Below are positions 14,186 through 27,132 of a stretch of DNA of 64,000 bases, in pieces. Within the stretch, counting starts at the first letter, position 1; every line of letters begins with the position of its first letter. The notes beneath the pieces were generated by a model. That model saw only the letters and a program-made list of their open reading frames with translations, had not been told where the DNA came from and made no database searches. The stretch is from Yuukianura sp. NJ FZ-2021. Taxonomy: Eukaryota. The translations under genes and the position numbers were made by a program. The DNA is taken from assembly GCA_046563655.1 (NCBI GenBank), contig CM102283.1:5456001-5520000 (forward strand), given 5' to 3'.

Positions 14186-14750
14186 GTGGACAAGTTCTCG
14201 GAAAGCCTCTTGCCAAAGGCATTTCTGAAATCTGTTACGCCAGTGGAAACTGGAGCTGATGGAAACTGCTTTTTCAGGGCTGTTTCCTATCATTTATTCG
14301 GTGCTGAGACATATTACAGTACATTACGCTTCGCTGCACTAATTGATGTACTTCGGAATGAAGCTAATTACCGAAGATTCATTGCCATGCCGCTACGGAA
14401 GACAATTATGAGGCGTTAGTAAATTCTTGTCCAAAGATAGCATGTACGTTGGCGACGCAGAAATATACGCCACTTCAAAAATCCTAAAGCGGCCAATAAA
14501 CGTCTACACCGAATTCAAAAAAGCACCAGAAGGCGACAAGGAATTCTTAGAGTACATGCGCAACTCCAATAACCGAAACCATCGGCGAACTTTATTTGAC
14601 GATGAAGACGCTAAGAATGACCCAATCATGTTACATTACAGGGGAATGTCTGCTAGCGCTAGAAAGAAAAACCATTTTGTAGCATTGTTGTCAAAGGGAA
14701 ACACATTTTTCCCTTGTAACATGGACGAGTATGTACGGCTAAGAAAATTT
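14186..14750 (+). pseudogene. Frameshifted OTU-like cysteine protease domain, probably transposon-borne
   Basis: VETGADGNCFFRAVS (catalytic Cys motif) in one ORF; GDAEIYATSKILKRPINVY and KNHFVALL (catalytic His) in a different frame. Confidence 0.7.
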
Positions 14751-14779
14751 GGCCCAGTGGTAATGATTTTTATTACCGT

Positions 14780-15276
14780 CATTGACGCCCTCCCAGTGAA
14801 AGTAAACAGTGTCATGTGCTACTCTGACTCTACCAGTGTCCTTGGCTGGCTTAAGCCCGGTTCCGACCCGCCGCGCAAGCGCGACATTTTTGTGATGAAC
14901 AGAGTGCGTCCCATAATGCAACTACTTCCGACCGCTAAGTGGAACCATGTTATTGAATCCGAGAATCCAGCCGACCTTCCGTCAGGTTTTTCTGCAAATT
15001 TCTGCAAAGGAATTCCTAACCAACCCACTTTGGCTCAATGGACCACCGTGGGTCAAGTTCACCCAAGTGCCACCCATAGTGAATGTTTGCTCCGTTGGTG
15101 TGAACCTACCATTACCACCACTTCTGGAATTCATCAATTCCACATCCTCTCTCCATAAGATGAAATCGTTCGTGGCATCAGGTCAACGTTTTCTAAAATG
15201 TGCAAAGACAAAAGTGAATGACAACTCCCCTTTAACAGTAGTGGAGTTGGAAGATGTCCTTCTGACTATCGTCTAG
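14780..15276 (+). mobile_element. Degenerate BEL/Pao LTR-retrotransposon pol fragment (RNase H region)
   Basis: YSDSTSVLGWL...FVMNRV...WNHVIESENPADLPS, then frameshifted LWLNGPPW, which are characteristic Pao RNase H motifs. Confidence 0.8.
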
Positions 15277-16027
15277 GTATGTCAAAGATCACTGGAAAGA
15301 TTTCTCGACACACGGTTGTGTGAACCAACCTTTATTAATTATGTGTGTACATCGAACAAATTAATAACTATAAAGCATTTATATCACGAACTAAGTAGGC
15401 TATTATCTCTTGTGGTTTCAGTTAATAAATTATGGCAAAGGCAATGTTTCCATTTTTTGGCCCGAAAACAACATCACTGTGTTATAGTCATCCAAGGTAG
15501 GCCATTTTTCGCTTTAATTTAGTTTAGAATCAAGTTACAAATAAAATTGGTAACAGAACAAAGAAGTAAAAATCGAACATTTGCATAGAAAACAAAGAAC
15601 AAACAAAACTTGATTATTACAATTATTTAGTAGAAATGTAATTTTCATAGGAAGCCAAGGCCTTGGAAGGACAAAGATGGGAGAACGGACCACCAACCTA
15701 CGACAACGCAAGATCGTACCAGCAAGGACCCAGGAAACCTCCAAGTCAACATCAACATTCAAGATAATCTAAAAAATAATTATTTGTAACAATTTAATCT
15801 AAAAGTTAACTCGATTTTCTTAGACTTTTAAGTACTACCCCTATAAGTGCACTCAGTTTGTCTGGTTGAACGCTGGAGTTCAAATCCGCAGGTTGATATG
15901 GCCCACTAATCGGCAGAAACTACGGGGGGATAATCTTACCCAAAACACAAAACATTTTAAAAACTAAGGGAACTAAGAAAACCTTTTAAGAAAACTAAAG
16001 AAAGGTTAAGTTTCCTAAAAAATTAAA

Positions 16028-16865
16028 GTAAACATGTTCGGCGGAAATGTCAACGTTGTTCAAAACATTTAAAGCGAACAGGTTATTGACTAAAACGGTC
16101 AACATGTTTTTCAAAATACATAAAGCAGATAAGTCAGATCGTCAACATGTTATTTCCAAAATTAAAAATTAAAATTAGTAAGCCCTGACAAAATTGTCAA
16201 CATGTTATTCGAGAAGTTCAAAATCGCCTTAAGGTTAATATAATTAAAGAAACATGTTTGTACTGAATCCAGTCAACATGTTGTTTTAAAGGACTAAAGA
16301 AAACATGTTTACACAAACTGAAGTAAATATGTTTTCCAGATATTTAAAGTAAACGTGTTTTTAGAAGCACTTAAAGTTAACAGATGTAGACGGAGTGTAG
16401 TCAACATGTTTTTGACTAAAGATCTGTCAACACGCTATTTTTGGAAAAATTTTATTTGGATAAGGTAAACAAGTCCCAACTTGTTTACACTTTAGTAACG
16501 TATCACGATTTTCTAAAAAAAAAAAAAATAAAACTCTTGTTTTACATCTGGGGTTTCACTCAGAGCAGCTTGTTTTCTCATGTCTGAACAAACGTGTTTG
16601 GAATGAACTCAGTGAACGCGTCGTTTTGAAGGATTGAAGTAAACAGGTTCAGAAATTTTAGTCAATATGTTTTCTAAAACATTCATAACTAACATGTAGG
16701 TCAATAGCTGGTGGAACCGGTGGCTCAATTGTTGGTTGCGAAGTAATGGGGCTTGCCAAGTCTTCATTAATTCCCAGGAATTAAGTAAACATGTTTCCGA
16801 ACACGATATAAAAGGAACACGCTATTTTTAGAATAGAATTTTAATTCGACAACGTAAACAAGTTT
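16028..16865. repeat. Degenerate repeat region rich in GT(A/C)AACATGTT motifs
   Basis: Numerous irregularly spaced gtaaacatgtt/gtcaacatgtt variants; a ~55-bp block at ~16430 recurs at ~16817. Confidence 0.65.
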
Positions 16866-18484
16866 TAACCTGTCTATATCTCACTGAAGCTCGGTGTGAA
16901 CCAGAGGCATCTGAAGTCATAATTCAGAGACCATTCAATCTCCCAAATATTATCGGCAGGATTCAATCAAGGACATTACGCAGAGGCTTTATTTGAAGAA
17001 CTACAAAAATACTTATAATCAGAGAATTACAACTCAAGTATAATTACAAAGGCACTACGATTATTTAATTTTGCATCAACACGCCAACATTTCAGAATTA
17101 TTAGGCACCAATGAGTTACACAACGCTTGATTGAAGTCTAATGGCGTTACGATTATTTCAGTTTGATTACATTTGTTAGTTTATGCAGTTGGCTGAGAAT
17201 TTAGGTAACAACCTAATTAGGTAATACGAATTATAACCACCTGTGCGGTGACTCTGATATGCTAACAAACATAACGTTGCATAAGTTCGCGGTTAAAGAC
17301 GCTTCTTCTTTGATTTTACCATTACAAGGTTTCTAAGAGAAGTATCTTTACAATGCGTTGTCATGACAAAATTGATTTCTACGAATGTCAATTCCTTGCA
17401 GCAAGTCACTGCGGACGTGTAGATTTTTTTTTTATAATTCAGCAGTTGCTCGAAGTCCAATACATTCTCCCCAGCTAGAAAATAATCTGTCCCTGTACTT
17501 GCTTCAATGACGCCGTGAGAAATATATTAAAATATCAGGCTCCACTAGGTATCATAGCAGAAGTTACGATCAGTCGGGCAGTGATTTTATTTTAAAACGA
17601 ACTTAACAGCTAACTTGGTCATAAAAGCGGCAACAGTGTTGGGTCGCGCTCATGTAATTTAGGCTTCAGAGGACGTTTCATTTTCGTTAAAGTTTAGGAT
17701 TGATGCTGGTTCAGAACTTTGGAGGTTCTTTACTCACGGTAGTCACATGTCCCAACTATGATAAAGATACTTACGTTAATCCTTTCCGCCAAAAATAAGA
17801 ATTAGCAAACGAGTCACCGAAAAAGCGGTAAAACTTTGCTTTTGAAATTCTGACTTAAAAATAGAGTCCCACCGTAGCAAGCAGTAGGCATGTCTGTACC
17901 TTCCGTTGATTTACGTTTGATAGTACATGGTCGTGGGATAGACACTGTAGGCGCCTGATAGCTAAAAGTTTCCAACCCGGAATTGCCCTTGGGAAAGGCT
18001 GCTGTGAATCCCGGCCCGCTGATGCTGCGAGAATTGTGTTAAGTTGTCGAATAAGATGTCGCAGCGTGACACATTAGACAAGGAGAATCGAAAAAACAAG
18101 TTTGCAAAGCTAGGTATAACTGTCACTACAGTTCGTTGTCAACAATAGTTAAACAAAAGGTTGGCCGACAAATGCGTTGTCAAACATTCTACTAGCTTCT
18201 ATAACCAAACATTACTTAAAATGCGTTTATATTTTTGCCAAATTTTCTTTTGTTTCCTCTCGATCACAACAGAAGAAAGCATGTATAGGTATATTACAGG
18301 TTTAGCGAATGGTTTCTGTATTGAAAATCCGCTTTAAACTATAGAATATACAATTTTTATATAACAATAAAAATTTATATAGGTATAATAAAATCTGATT
18401 GAGGCAAACTCTTTTTTTAGGAAAAGTAACATTGATTTAATTTTATTTGCATTAATTTTAGCCTTCAAGACCAGACTACTACAT

Positions 18485-18883
18485 TTGTTACAAATGTCGC
18501 TGCACTTTCCCTTGTCTCGGATATTTAAGGAGGCACAACTGCTATCGGACGGAAGTCAGCGGAATTGCTACTCAAACGACGAAGTAGTGCATAGCATTGG
18601 GACACAGACTCCACCATCTGACGAATGTCTCCCTGGACCTTTACGAGGAGGAATTCTTCCCGACTTTTCCACACTAAAGTGCCAAAAGTGTGAAAAGCAA
18701 TTTTCAAAAAAAGCCAACTTCAAGCGGCACTATTTTACGATGCACCTTACAATGGGCATCAATAAGCACTACAAATACGAGTGCCGCTGCAGATACCAAA
18801 CAAACCGACACGACAACTATATGCGCCAAGTTTTAGGTTGCAACATTGTATTAGGTGTTAGGTGCATGATTGAACTCTTTTAG
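18485..18883 (+). CDS. Small C2H2 zinc-finger ORF or relic
   Basis: CQKCEKQFSKKANFKRHYFTMH, plus a degenerate second finger (YECRCRYQTNRHDNYMRQ). Start not resolved. Confidence 0.45.
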   Translation: MLQMSLHFPLSRIFKEAQLLSDGSQRNCYSNDEVVHSIGTQTPPSDECLPGPLRGGILPDFSTLKCQKCEKQFSKKANFKRHYFTMHLTMGINKHYKYECRCRYQTNRHDNYMRQVLGCNIVLGVRCMIELF

Positions 18884-20239
18884 CCAATTTTTCACTTTTG
18901 CTAAATAAATTTTGTTGGTTTAAATTTAATTTTGTGTTACGTTATTTTAAAAATGCTTAAAAAATAAGAATTTGGGTTAAAGTGATTAAAAAAGAATTTG
19001 GGCAAACTTCTTGGGAAAGACTTGGAAAAAATTATGGGAAACGAGAAGTTGGACACGCCCTCCTACTCCTTTCACTCCGAGCATATAAGAAAAACTTTCA
19101 CGAAAATAGAAAGCATCAGATGGGGATATGTGTGAGGAGCAGGCGATGATTGGATTGGAGTCGACGGCGACTGCAATTGGTAATCAGATTGAAATTGACG
19201 ACTTCATTGTTCATAGACGACTGAAAATTATGCAGCCTACGAGTATTACAACTTATGTGGGCGATTATTGAAACGTGGACTTCGAACGTGGAAAAAATAC
19301 CTGTGTGGCGTTCGATGGAAGTAAGTTTTGGTAACCCATTTAGATTAGGTTATGTTAAGCTAGTTAAAAAAAAAAGATTAATTTTGTAAATTGTTCTATA
19401 GGGAAACGGGAGCGAAGCCGTCAGCGCTAAATACCGCGGATGGCCTCACATCAGAAGACAAACTATTTGAAGCGTCGTTGTTTGCGGTTTAGACTTCCCG
19501 GGAACAGGTGGAGCACTTGAGGACATGCTTCACGTGCCAATGTGTATTCAAGGCCACGAACAGAACCGCACTTGGAGTGCAGGTTAGGTTAGTATGATGG
19601 CTGTATGCAGTGCGGGTCAAGCGGAAAAGAGTACAGACAAAGGGCCTACTTTAAGAAGCACAAAGAGAACTGTTTTAGGTGAATATGTCAAATATCAGTA
19701 CAAGTATAAAACCCTTGCGGAACTCACGGAGCATCGTCAAGTATGTCTGTTCGAGCCGCTTGTTGAAAAGGTAACATTCTGAATTCAAAATCACTTCATT
19801 CTTTTATTAGACTCCACACGTAAATTAGTGAAGGTTATCCACATTTCTGAATATGTAGCTAGCAGTACATGCTCCAACAAAAGAGAAGCCTACTTCACAA
19901 TCGGAAGTTTTGTTGCTGTCACCTTAGATTTACAAACGGAGTTCGTTCAGCCTATATCTCAGGTGAGCCGTATGGTAGCTCTTGTGAAGCTACGAGATGT
20001 AATTCGAAAATACGAAGAATTTGCAGTTGTGGGAAGGGAGACTTGTGACTAGCGCCATGAACAACGGTTTGCGTAGTGTGTTGGTTGACTCTACTTATTG
20101 TTTACGGTCTGGAGTGCAACGACCAGTGTGTACTATTTTTTAAAACAATCTGGTCAGGATTTTCAGCCAGTAAGCCACAATTGCTCCAGACACAATCGGT
20201 TGACGGCGTCCCGGTTGACGCTGCACTAAGTCGTTGTTC

Positions 20240-22955
20240 AGAAGGAGTTGTTCCAACAACGTCTGAGGCAGGAGGGAATTATGTTACAACAGTACCCACC
20301 CAAGAAGCGCTTAACAACTGCACAAGTGTACAACCGGTTTCCTTCCCATTCAAATTTAAAGGACACGGTATTCAACAGGATGCCCAAAAAATGGTTCTCA
20401 ATTTGCTGGAGTTCCACACAGCTAACGAATGGATTGCCCCATTGCCTTCACGCTACGTTCAAGACGTACGGCATGCCGCCGTACATCAGCAATGAGGTCG
20501 GCATAAACGCTCTGTCCGCGGCGGCAAAATCTATAGACATTAGCCGGTCAACGGCGTACAGAATTTTCAAAACCCATCGGAGGGGAGAGGACGTCGTGAC
20601 AGGAAGTAACAAAAAATGTAGATCTGGCAGCGTCACGAGGCAGTTTACAGGTTTGGAACGGATCACATACGGCGAATTGTTGAGGGAATTTACATATAAG
20701 GCGCCCACATTCAAAATGATATTCGACGAATTTTTTCGTTTGCGTGAGGTCTTCCGATGTAGCCCAGCTACTTTGCGGAAAGTTTTACGGGGCTCTGCAC
20801 TTTCGGTACAAACGAATTAACAAGAGGGCTATGTTGGTGCAACGGCCCGATGTCATCGTTTCGCGACCTAAGTACTTGCGGAAGCTCATCGAACTCTGGG
20901 ACCGGCCAACACCTCTGCAACCAACAATTTATTTGATTGACGAAACGTGAGTATGTATAACGCTACCATAACAACTATGTTGAGTAACAGCACCACCAAT
21001 CTTTAACGGTAGGTGGATTGACCCGGCCGGCCGTGTTGGAAAAGGTTGGCAGCCTAGGCAACTTCTAAACTTCAAAGTAGCAGCGAAATATGCGTTCCCA
21101 TCAGAGAACCAATCATCCTCACCACGGCTAATTGTTTTCGCTGCTGTTAGCAAGTACGGTATCCTGGGCAACGTCACCTCACTGTACCCAGTGCAGAAGA
21201 AGAAAGTGATCGAAAACTATAATGACAACGTGGATTCTGGCATATAACATGTTACGCTTGACGGATAAGGTTTGGTTATGAATATCGGCATTCTGATTTC
21301 CTGTTCATTTTTTAGCGCGTTTCCTCGCGTGGTATGAAACGTTACTATGCTCCGTTTCAAAAATATATGCCACCTGTGTATTTCTCTGGTCCCCAGCTCC
21401 CAACGCCTCCCCCTCTACCTTTCACCAAATTTTGAACCAGGTTGGCGCGAAATATGTTGGTTTGTTTACATTTTTTCAAAACTTTGCTTACAGCTGATTC
21501 TCTTCAACTACACTTTTAAAAAGTTAACACTTTTAGTTTCGATTTCGTTAAGTTTTAATCTTTTTAAATCCAATTGCGAAAGACTAGTAGTTAGCAGTGG
21601 TGAGAGAAGTGCAGTGATGAGTGTATTAACACCGCCAAATCCTCCTCCAATACGTAAGATCAAGTCTCCAAACATTAAATTGGCAGAGACTAAGTACATC
21701 CAAAACATCCATGAGTACTTGAAGTCTGTAAGAGAGAACACTGGCAAAGAAAATATTCCACTTGGATTCGTTACTCCAGGAAAAAAAAACGTAAGTAATA
21801 CGTTGGATGTAAAACCAAATCAAATACTTCAATTCTGAATACGTCATATTTCGAAATTGAGTATGAATGTAAGAAATCAATCCCTGTAATTTCAGATTCC
21901 TGAAATCATAGGGAAAATGGTCGGGATTTCCCAAAGAGCTGTGAGGAATCATTTAAAAAAAAAACAGATTTGGAACCAAAGAAACATAGAGGAAAGAAGA
22001 CAAAGCAAGACGACATAGAAGGCTACTAAACGTCAACTGTACCCCTTAATACAGGCAAATAAGCCAGTTAAAATTGAATACTTCATTGACAATGTGACGA
22101 GAGAGCACGGACACGAAATCTTGCGCCTTCCTCCATATCATTGCTTGTTCAATCCAATTGAAAAGATATGGGCTAATGTAAAGGGCTATGTAGGTAAACA
22201 TAACGTTAATCAGGGACCTCACATTGATGTTAAGCAGTTATTCTTTGATGCATGTGCAAGAGTAACTGCATTGGATTGGATAAATGCGATTCGTTATTGC
22301 AAAAAAGAACAACAAAAGTACTGGATCAGAGACGGAATTTCGTCAATGACACCAATTCAGCCAGTTGTCTTCATGGTGAACACTGGAGACTCAGATGAAA
22401 GTGATGAGTTTGAAGAAACCGATAACGAGGAAAATTAAATCGCAAATTATTTGATAGTTTGATGTGAATGATTTGTTTGTATACCATAAAAATGCTACTG
22501 AATATTAAACAAGTTTTTTGGTAATTTTCGTGATGTTTTGCTTATTGTCACTACATTTCTACCCGACGCATGGTTTTACTTCCAAGTTGAGACAACCCAC
22601 GTTCGAGAGAAAGTGAAAGCGTTGGGGGAGTCCGTCAAGAGGAGAAGGCATATAGTTTTGAAACCAAGCATAAGGTACATTGCGCAGGAGCGGAGACGCA
22701 CTGGGAGATGCGGTTACCGTACTGGACAACGCACCTTACAATAGCTCTTCCTACGTGCCGTTGATTAATTCTCGCAAGCAGGTGTTAAAGGACTTCCTTC
22801 TACAAGAGTACGCAAAGCTGCAGGTTGGAAGGTTTGGGGCGAAGCCGGAGCGACGAATTGAAGGTAGTCGAGTTACGCCAATACGTAAGAGAGTTGAAAC
22901 GAAATTTAAGTTGCTCGTGCAGAAAATATCTTTGATGGAGAAAGTGTTGGCTTAG
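20240..22955 (+). mobile_element. Degenerate Tc1/mariner-superfamily (DDE_3) transposase, copy A, interrupted by copy B
   Basis: HTH (AKSIDISRSTAYRI), CSPATLRKVL..FRYKR, first Asp IYLIDET (~20940), FLAWYETL (~21320), second Asp VLDNAPY (~22720). Multiple frameshifts and stops. Confidence 0.75.
21346..22672 (+). mobile_element. Internally deleted Tc1/mariner-type element, copy B, nested in copy A
   Basis: 26-bp imperfect TIRs (21346-21371 TATGCTCCGTTTCAAAAATATATGCC; 22647-22672 GGCATATAGTTTTGAAACCAAGCATA). HTH VGISQRAVRN is joined directly to the C-terminal GHEILRLPPYHCLFNPIEKIWANVKGYV. Confidence 0.75.
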
Positions 22956-23599
22956 GATTTGTGTTGTAGGATTAGGAGCATGGGAGCCTTAATGTGACCT
23001 GAAGTATCACATAAGAAGCTTGTGATTATTATATGAGATGCTTCTCAAAAAGGAAGCGCCAAATTCAAATTGTAAAAAGTGTGTTAGCTATAGAGTATAT
23101 CACTCTCAATTCTGATTTCAAGCAGCATGGTCTGTACAATTTCCCAATTTCTAATCAACTTTCAATTAATGTAAAGTTTTAAAAGTATTAAATTTATTTC
23201 ATAAATAAAACTAAGAAAATGCAATCACCGCTTCCATCCACAACTCATTTCATGGTGCCGAACGACTGGTTTTCGTAGACGAACCGGCAAACCACCAATC
23301 AACAGAGGATGAAGCATGCGGACAATTGGTAATCGTTAACTACGTAGCAGTTAACTAGGTGAGTTCAAAGGTCAATTGAACAAATGTGATGATGATGATT
23401 ATTGTGTAAAATTGAATTGTGTCACTGTGTTTAACCAATCGTGTAATTGGTGTCATTGTGTTTAACCAATCGCAGAATTGGTGTATTCCTGCATTCTTGT
23501 GTCATGTCATTGTGTGTGTCTGGCAACAGTACTGGTGACCTAATTTGTGTGTGGCTCCACACATATCCACACAACCACCTCACTCTGCAGTAGGTACAA

Positions 23600-23970
23600 T
23601 GTTAGTTAATTCCCTCTTCTCTCATCCCGGAAAACTCAAAAAATAAGCTCGATTTTGTAAGAGGGAAAAATGGAAAGCTTTTATGTCTGTATTGCCGAAA
23701 GCAATTTGCACGAAAGGACACATTAAAACGACACGTTGTCAACTTCCATTCACCCCAGGTTGGACGAGGAAAAACGGAAAATGCCTTCAACGAGGAAATG
23801 GAAGAGTCCTCCGTCAGTAAGAGCGATGCGTCAGCCGAAGACGAAGAACTTTCCAACGACGAAAGTGAAAGCGGTTTTGAATTTGATGACGACTCCGTTG
23901 TTACAGTGGAGACAATTAAGCTCATTCTACACTAGCTTAGGAATGGGCAAGCTGGCACTCAACGATTAAC
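23600..23970 (+). CDS. Single C2H2 zinc finger with acidic tail (fragment)
   Basis: + strand reads LCLYCRKQFARKDTLKRHVVNFH followed by the acidic run EDEELSNDESESGFEFDDDS. No clear start. Confidence 0.4.
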
Positions 23971-24478
23971 TAAAAAGCTTTTGTACCAAATAATAGCGGA
24001 GGCTAACCCCTAACTCCGTATGTAAGCATTATCACATAAATAAACAGCATATTAGCGGCTTCACAAATCTTTAGCTACAAAATTGCTCAATTTCAGTACT
24101 TGTCACTTGGGTCATAAGCCGTAATGCTTACAAGCAAGTTAATACCAGTCCACGCGCCTGTCCGATTTTTTTTTACTCAACTACACAACAGTTTGCAATA
24201 ACTACGGAACCCCTCACACCCATACCACCCACCCCACTACGCACTACCCCGCCAAGTTTAACCCCACCCCATCCCGCTCCACCCCACCCACTACACTCTG
24301 CCGCATCAGAAAATTGGAAAATTTGGGGAAGCCACACATTTGCACGTGGAAAGGATTGTAGAAAAGTTGGAGGTTTTTTGTTGCTAATTCAAGGGTTTCT
24401 CTGTATCAATTTTTTTTGCAGGGTTGGATTAGATTAGATGAAATTAAATTAATTAATCTAATCTTTTTCTCAGGGAAG

Positions 24479-27132
24479 ATGGAAACAAGATCTTCTCATG
24501 CACGAGACCCAATATGGCTGTTAGGAGAATCTCTGGATATGATTTCAGGAACAAACTATCATCCAACGGACAGGTGCTTCGGCGACTCTTTCATCTGCTG
24601 AGAGAAGATAAGAAAACGGCAAAAGATGCTGCTTCTATCGTTACCCATGAAGTCGCAGAATTCTGGGAAAGGGCAAGGATTCCAACAAGAAAGGACTACC
24701 ACGTCATTGCCAAAGTCTTAGACCTCCATGAAAAATATAGAAAACTACAGAAAAGTGCTTCCAGGAAAACCCCAGCTCAAACAAAGCTTGAAGAAAGTTA
24801 TGTCAGTACCCTCGATGACCTCTTCGATATCGCTCATGCTGACGCGCTCTCACAAATTACAATTGAAGAAGACAGAAAGTTTCTTTTAGCTCAAAGGGAA
24901 AAGGGTAAGTCGTTTTTTTAGCCTACATAACTAAATTGATACTTTGAAATCGAAACAAATTCACCACGATTTTAACAAATCCTTAGGTCGTCGGGGTCAT
25001 ATGGCTGGAATTGATAAATCTTTGGCGGCACTGGAATTACGCCAAGAAGAGCGGGAAATGAAAAGGCAGAGCACGGCAGAAAAATACGCCTCTAGAAATA
25101 TACAGGAAACTGTAGAGCTGGCAAGTTCAACATCTAGCTCTGAATCGTCACCAGAACGAAGGCACGACCCCGAATATCGGCCGTCGCGCCATCGAGGTAA
25201 ACCGAGTGGGAACGAGGCTACTCCCGGAACTTCAAGAGACAGAGGAACCACACGGGGAAAAGTTGATGTTGTTACGCTGGACTTGGCAATGGCGCTTGAC
25301 AGAACCCAGACCAGCGACAGAAAAGCGTCGCATGTCCTCGCGGCTATTATAACCTCACTCGGCCTTCCCACCGATGACTTCAGAATCGCCCCGAGCACAA
25401 TCCGAAGAGCCCGGGTTTCTAATCGAGAAGCAATTGCCAGGGAAATTAGAAGAAATTTTGCTATAAAAGTGCCGCTCGTGGTTCACTGGGATTCAAAAAT
25501 TATGCAGGCTCTGGACAGACCGGAGAAGGTTGATCGTGTTGCGATTTGTGTCTCTGGAGAGAAGATTACAAAACTACTCGGAATACCAATTCTCAAGCGT
25601 GGGACCGGCGACGCCACTGCTGATGCTGTTTTTGAAATGTTAGTGGATTGGGACATCGTGGATCAAATTGAGTTTATGTCATTTGATACTACATCCGTCA
25701 ATACCGGAAAATGGGCCGGGGCATCTGTATTACTTCAACAAAAGATTGAAAGGCAAGTCATAGGAGTAGCATGCCGACATCATGTGCTTGAGCTTGTCAT
25801 CGGCTCGGCCAATAGCGCTACGTTGGGAAAAACCACGGCCCCTGAGGCTGGACTTTTTAAGAGATTCCGAGATCAATGGAAATCAATTGACAGATCGACC
25901 TATGCTTCTGGTCTGGAGGACGATTATGTTATGAAAGCACTAGAATCGAACCTAGAAGTGTTGAAGAAAAATGCAATGGCCGTATTGAACAGGGGGACTG
26001 TTAGAGATGACTATAGAGAGGTTCTTGAACTTTGCCTAATTTTTCTTGGCGACGTTTCCTCACCAAATTACAGAATCCGTACCCCTGGACCGATCCACCA
26101 CGCTCGCTGGATATCTAAAGTATTGTACGGAATTAAAGTATTTCTGTTTCGCCAGCAATTTCAAATGTCAGAAAGCGAATTCCTGTCCCTCAGGCGGTTT
26201 GTCACCTTTACCGTAAAGGTTTACGTGGGGGCGTGGTTTCGTGCAGCAAAAGCCAGTACAGCTCCAAGACGGGATTTGGAATTCATCAAAACCTTGATTC
26301 AGTATGAAAGTCAGGATGAGCAAATATCTCAACAAACGGTTCATACATTTATGAACCATCTTTGGTATCTAAATCAACATTTAATTGGCCTTTCCTTTTT
26401 TGACGACGTTGTGCCCGTGGAGACAAAGCGGGAAATGGTTGCACGTCTTCAACATCAAGCCGACGCTCGCGTTGAACCTAGGCCGTTGCTTACGGTGAAA
26501 CAAATTAAAAATGCTCAACTTCCGGATTTTGTCACTGCCAATACGCTGTACTTTTTGGATGCTCTTCGACTAGAAAAGGATTTCTTGAGTTTTGATCCTA
26601 GCAACTGGAATGATTTTCCATCGTTCAAACTTGGAATTACACGGGCAAACAACCTTCAGGTTAGTCTTTAGCTACTTGAACTTAGTAGTGCCGTTTAACC
26701 TAATTACCTATTTAGTAATGATGTATCTACGTAATTTGAAGGTTTACTCTTTATACATTCCAGGTTGTCAACGACATTGCGGAAAGGGCAATTGCATTGG
26801 CACAGGACTTCAATTCCATCCTCAGCAAGCAGGAAGAGCAAAAGCAATTTCTTTTTCAGGTGGTCGAGCAACACAGGAAGCAGTTTCCTCGAGCGACGAA
26901 AGCCGCTTTTGCCTCGAATTTCCCACAATAGTTCTAATACTTAACGCTATGATGCCGAATTACCATTATGGAGGTTACATAAAAAGTTGCTGCCTTTGAG
27001 GCACCTCTTAGCATAGTGCTATAATTCTGAAAATTTTACTAATTTTTTTTCTTACATAATGTAACATTTTTGGAGAGTGAGACTTGAAAAATAAATTAAA
27101 CAAGAACCTTAGGTCAGTGTAGACGCACCCTA
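24479..27132 (+). mobile_element. hAT-like (hATm-type) DDE transposase gene with 2 introns, one frameshift and a candidate 3' terminus
   Basis: Catalytic motifs VVHWDSK, SFDTTSVNTG, ACRHHVLE (CxxH), HHARW and VVNDIAERAI. Introns at ~24905-24987 and ~26660-26763; TAG at 26929-26931. 1-bp frameshift near 24550. GCACCCTA at 27125-27132 resembles a TAGGGTG-type terminus. Subfamily assignment is tentative. Confidence 0.8.
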
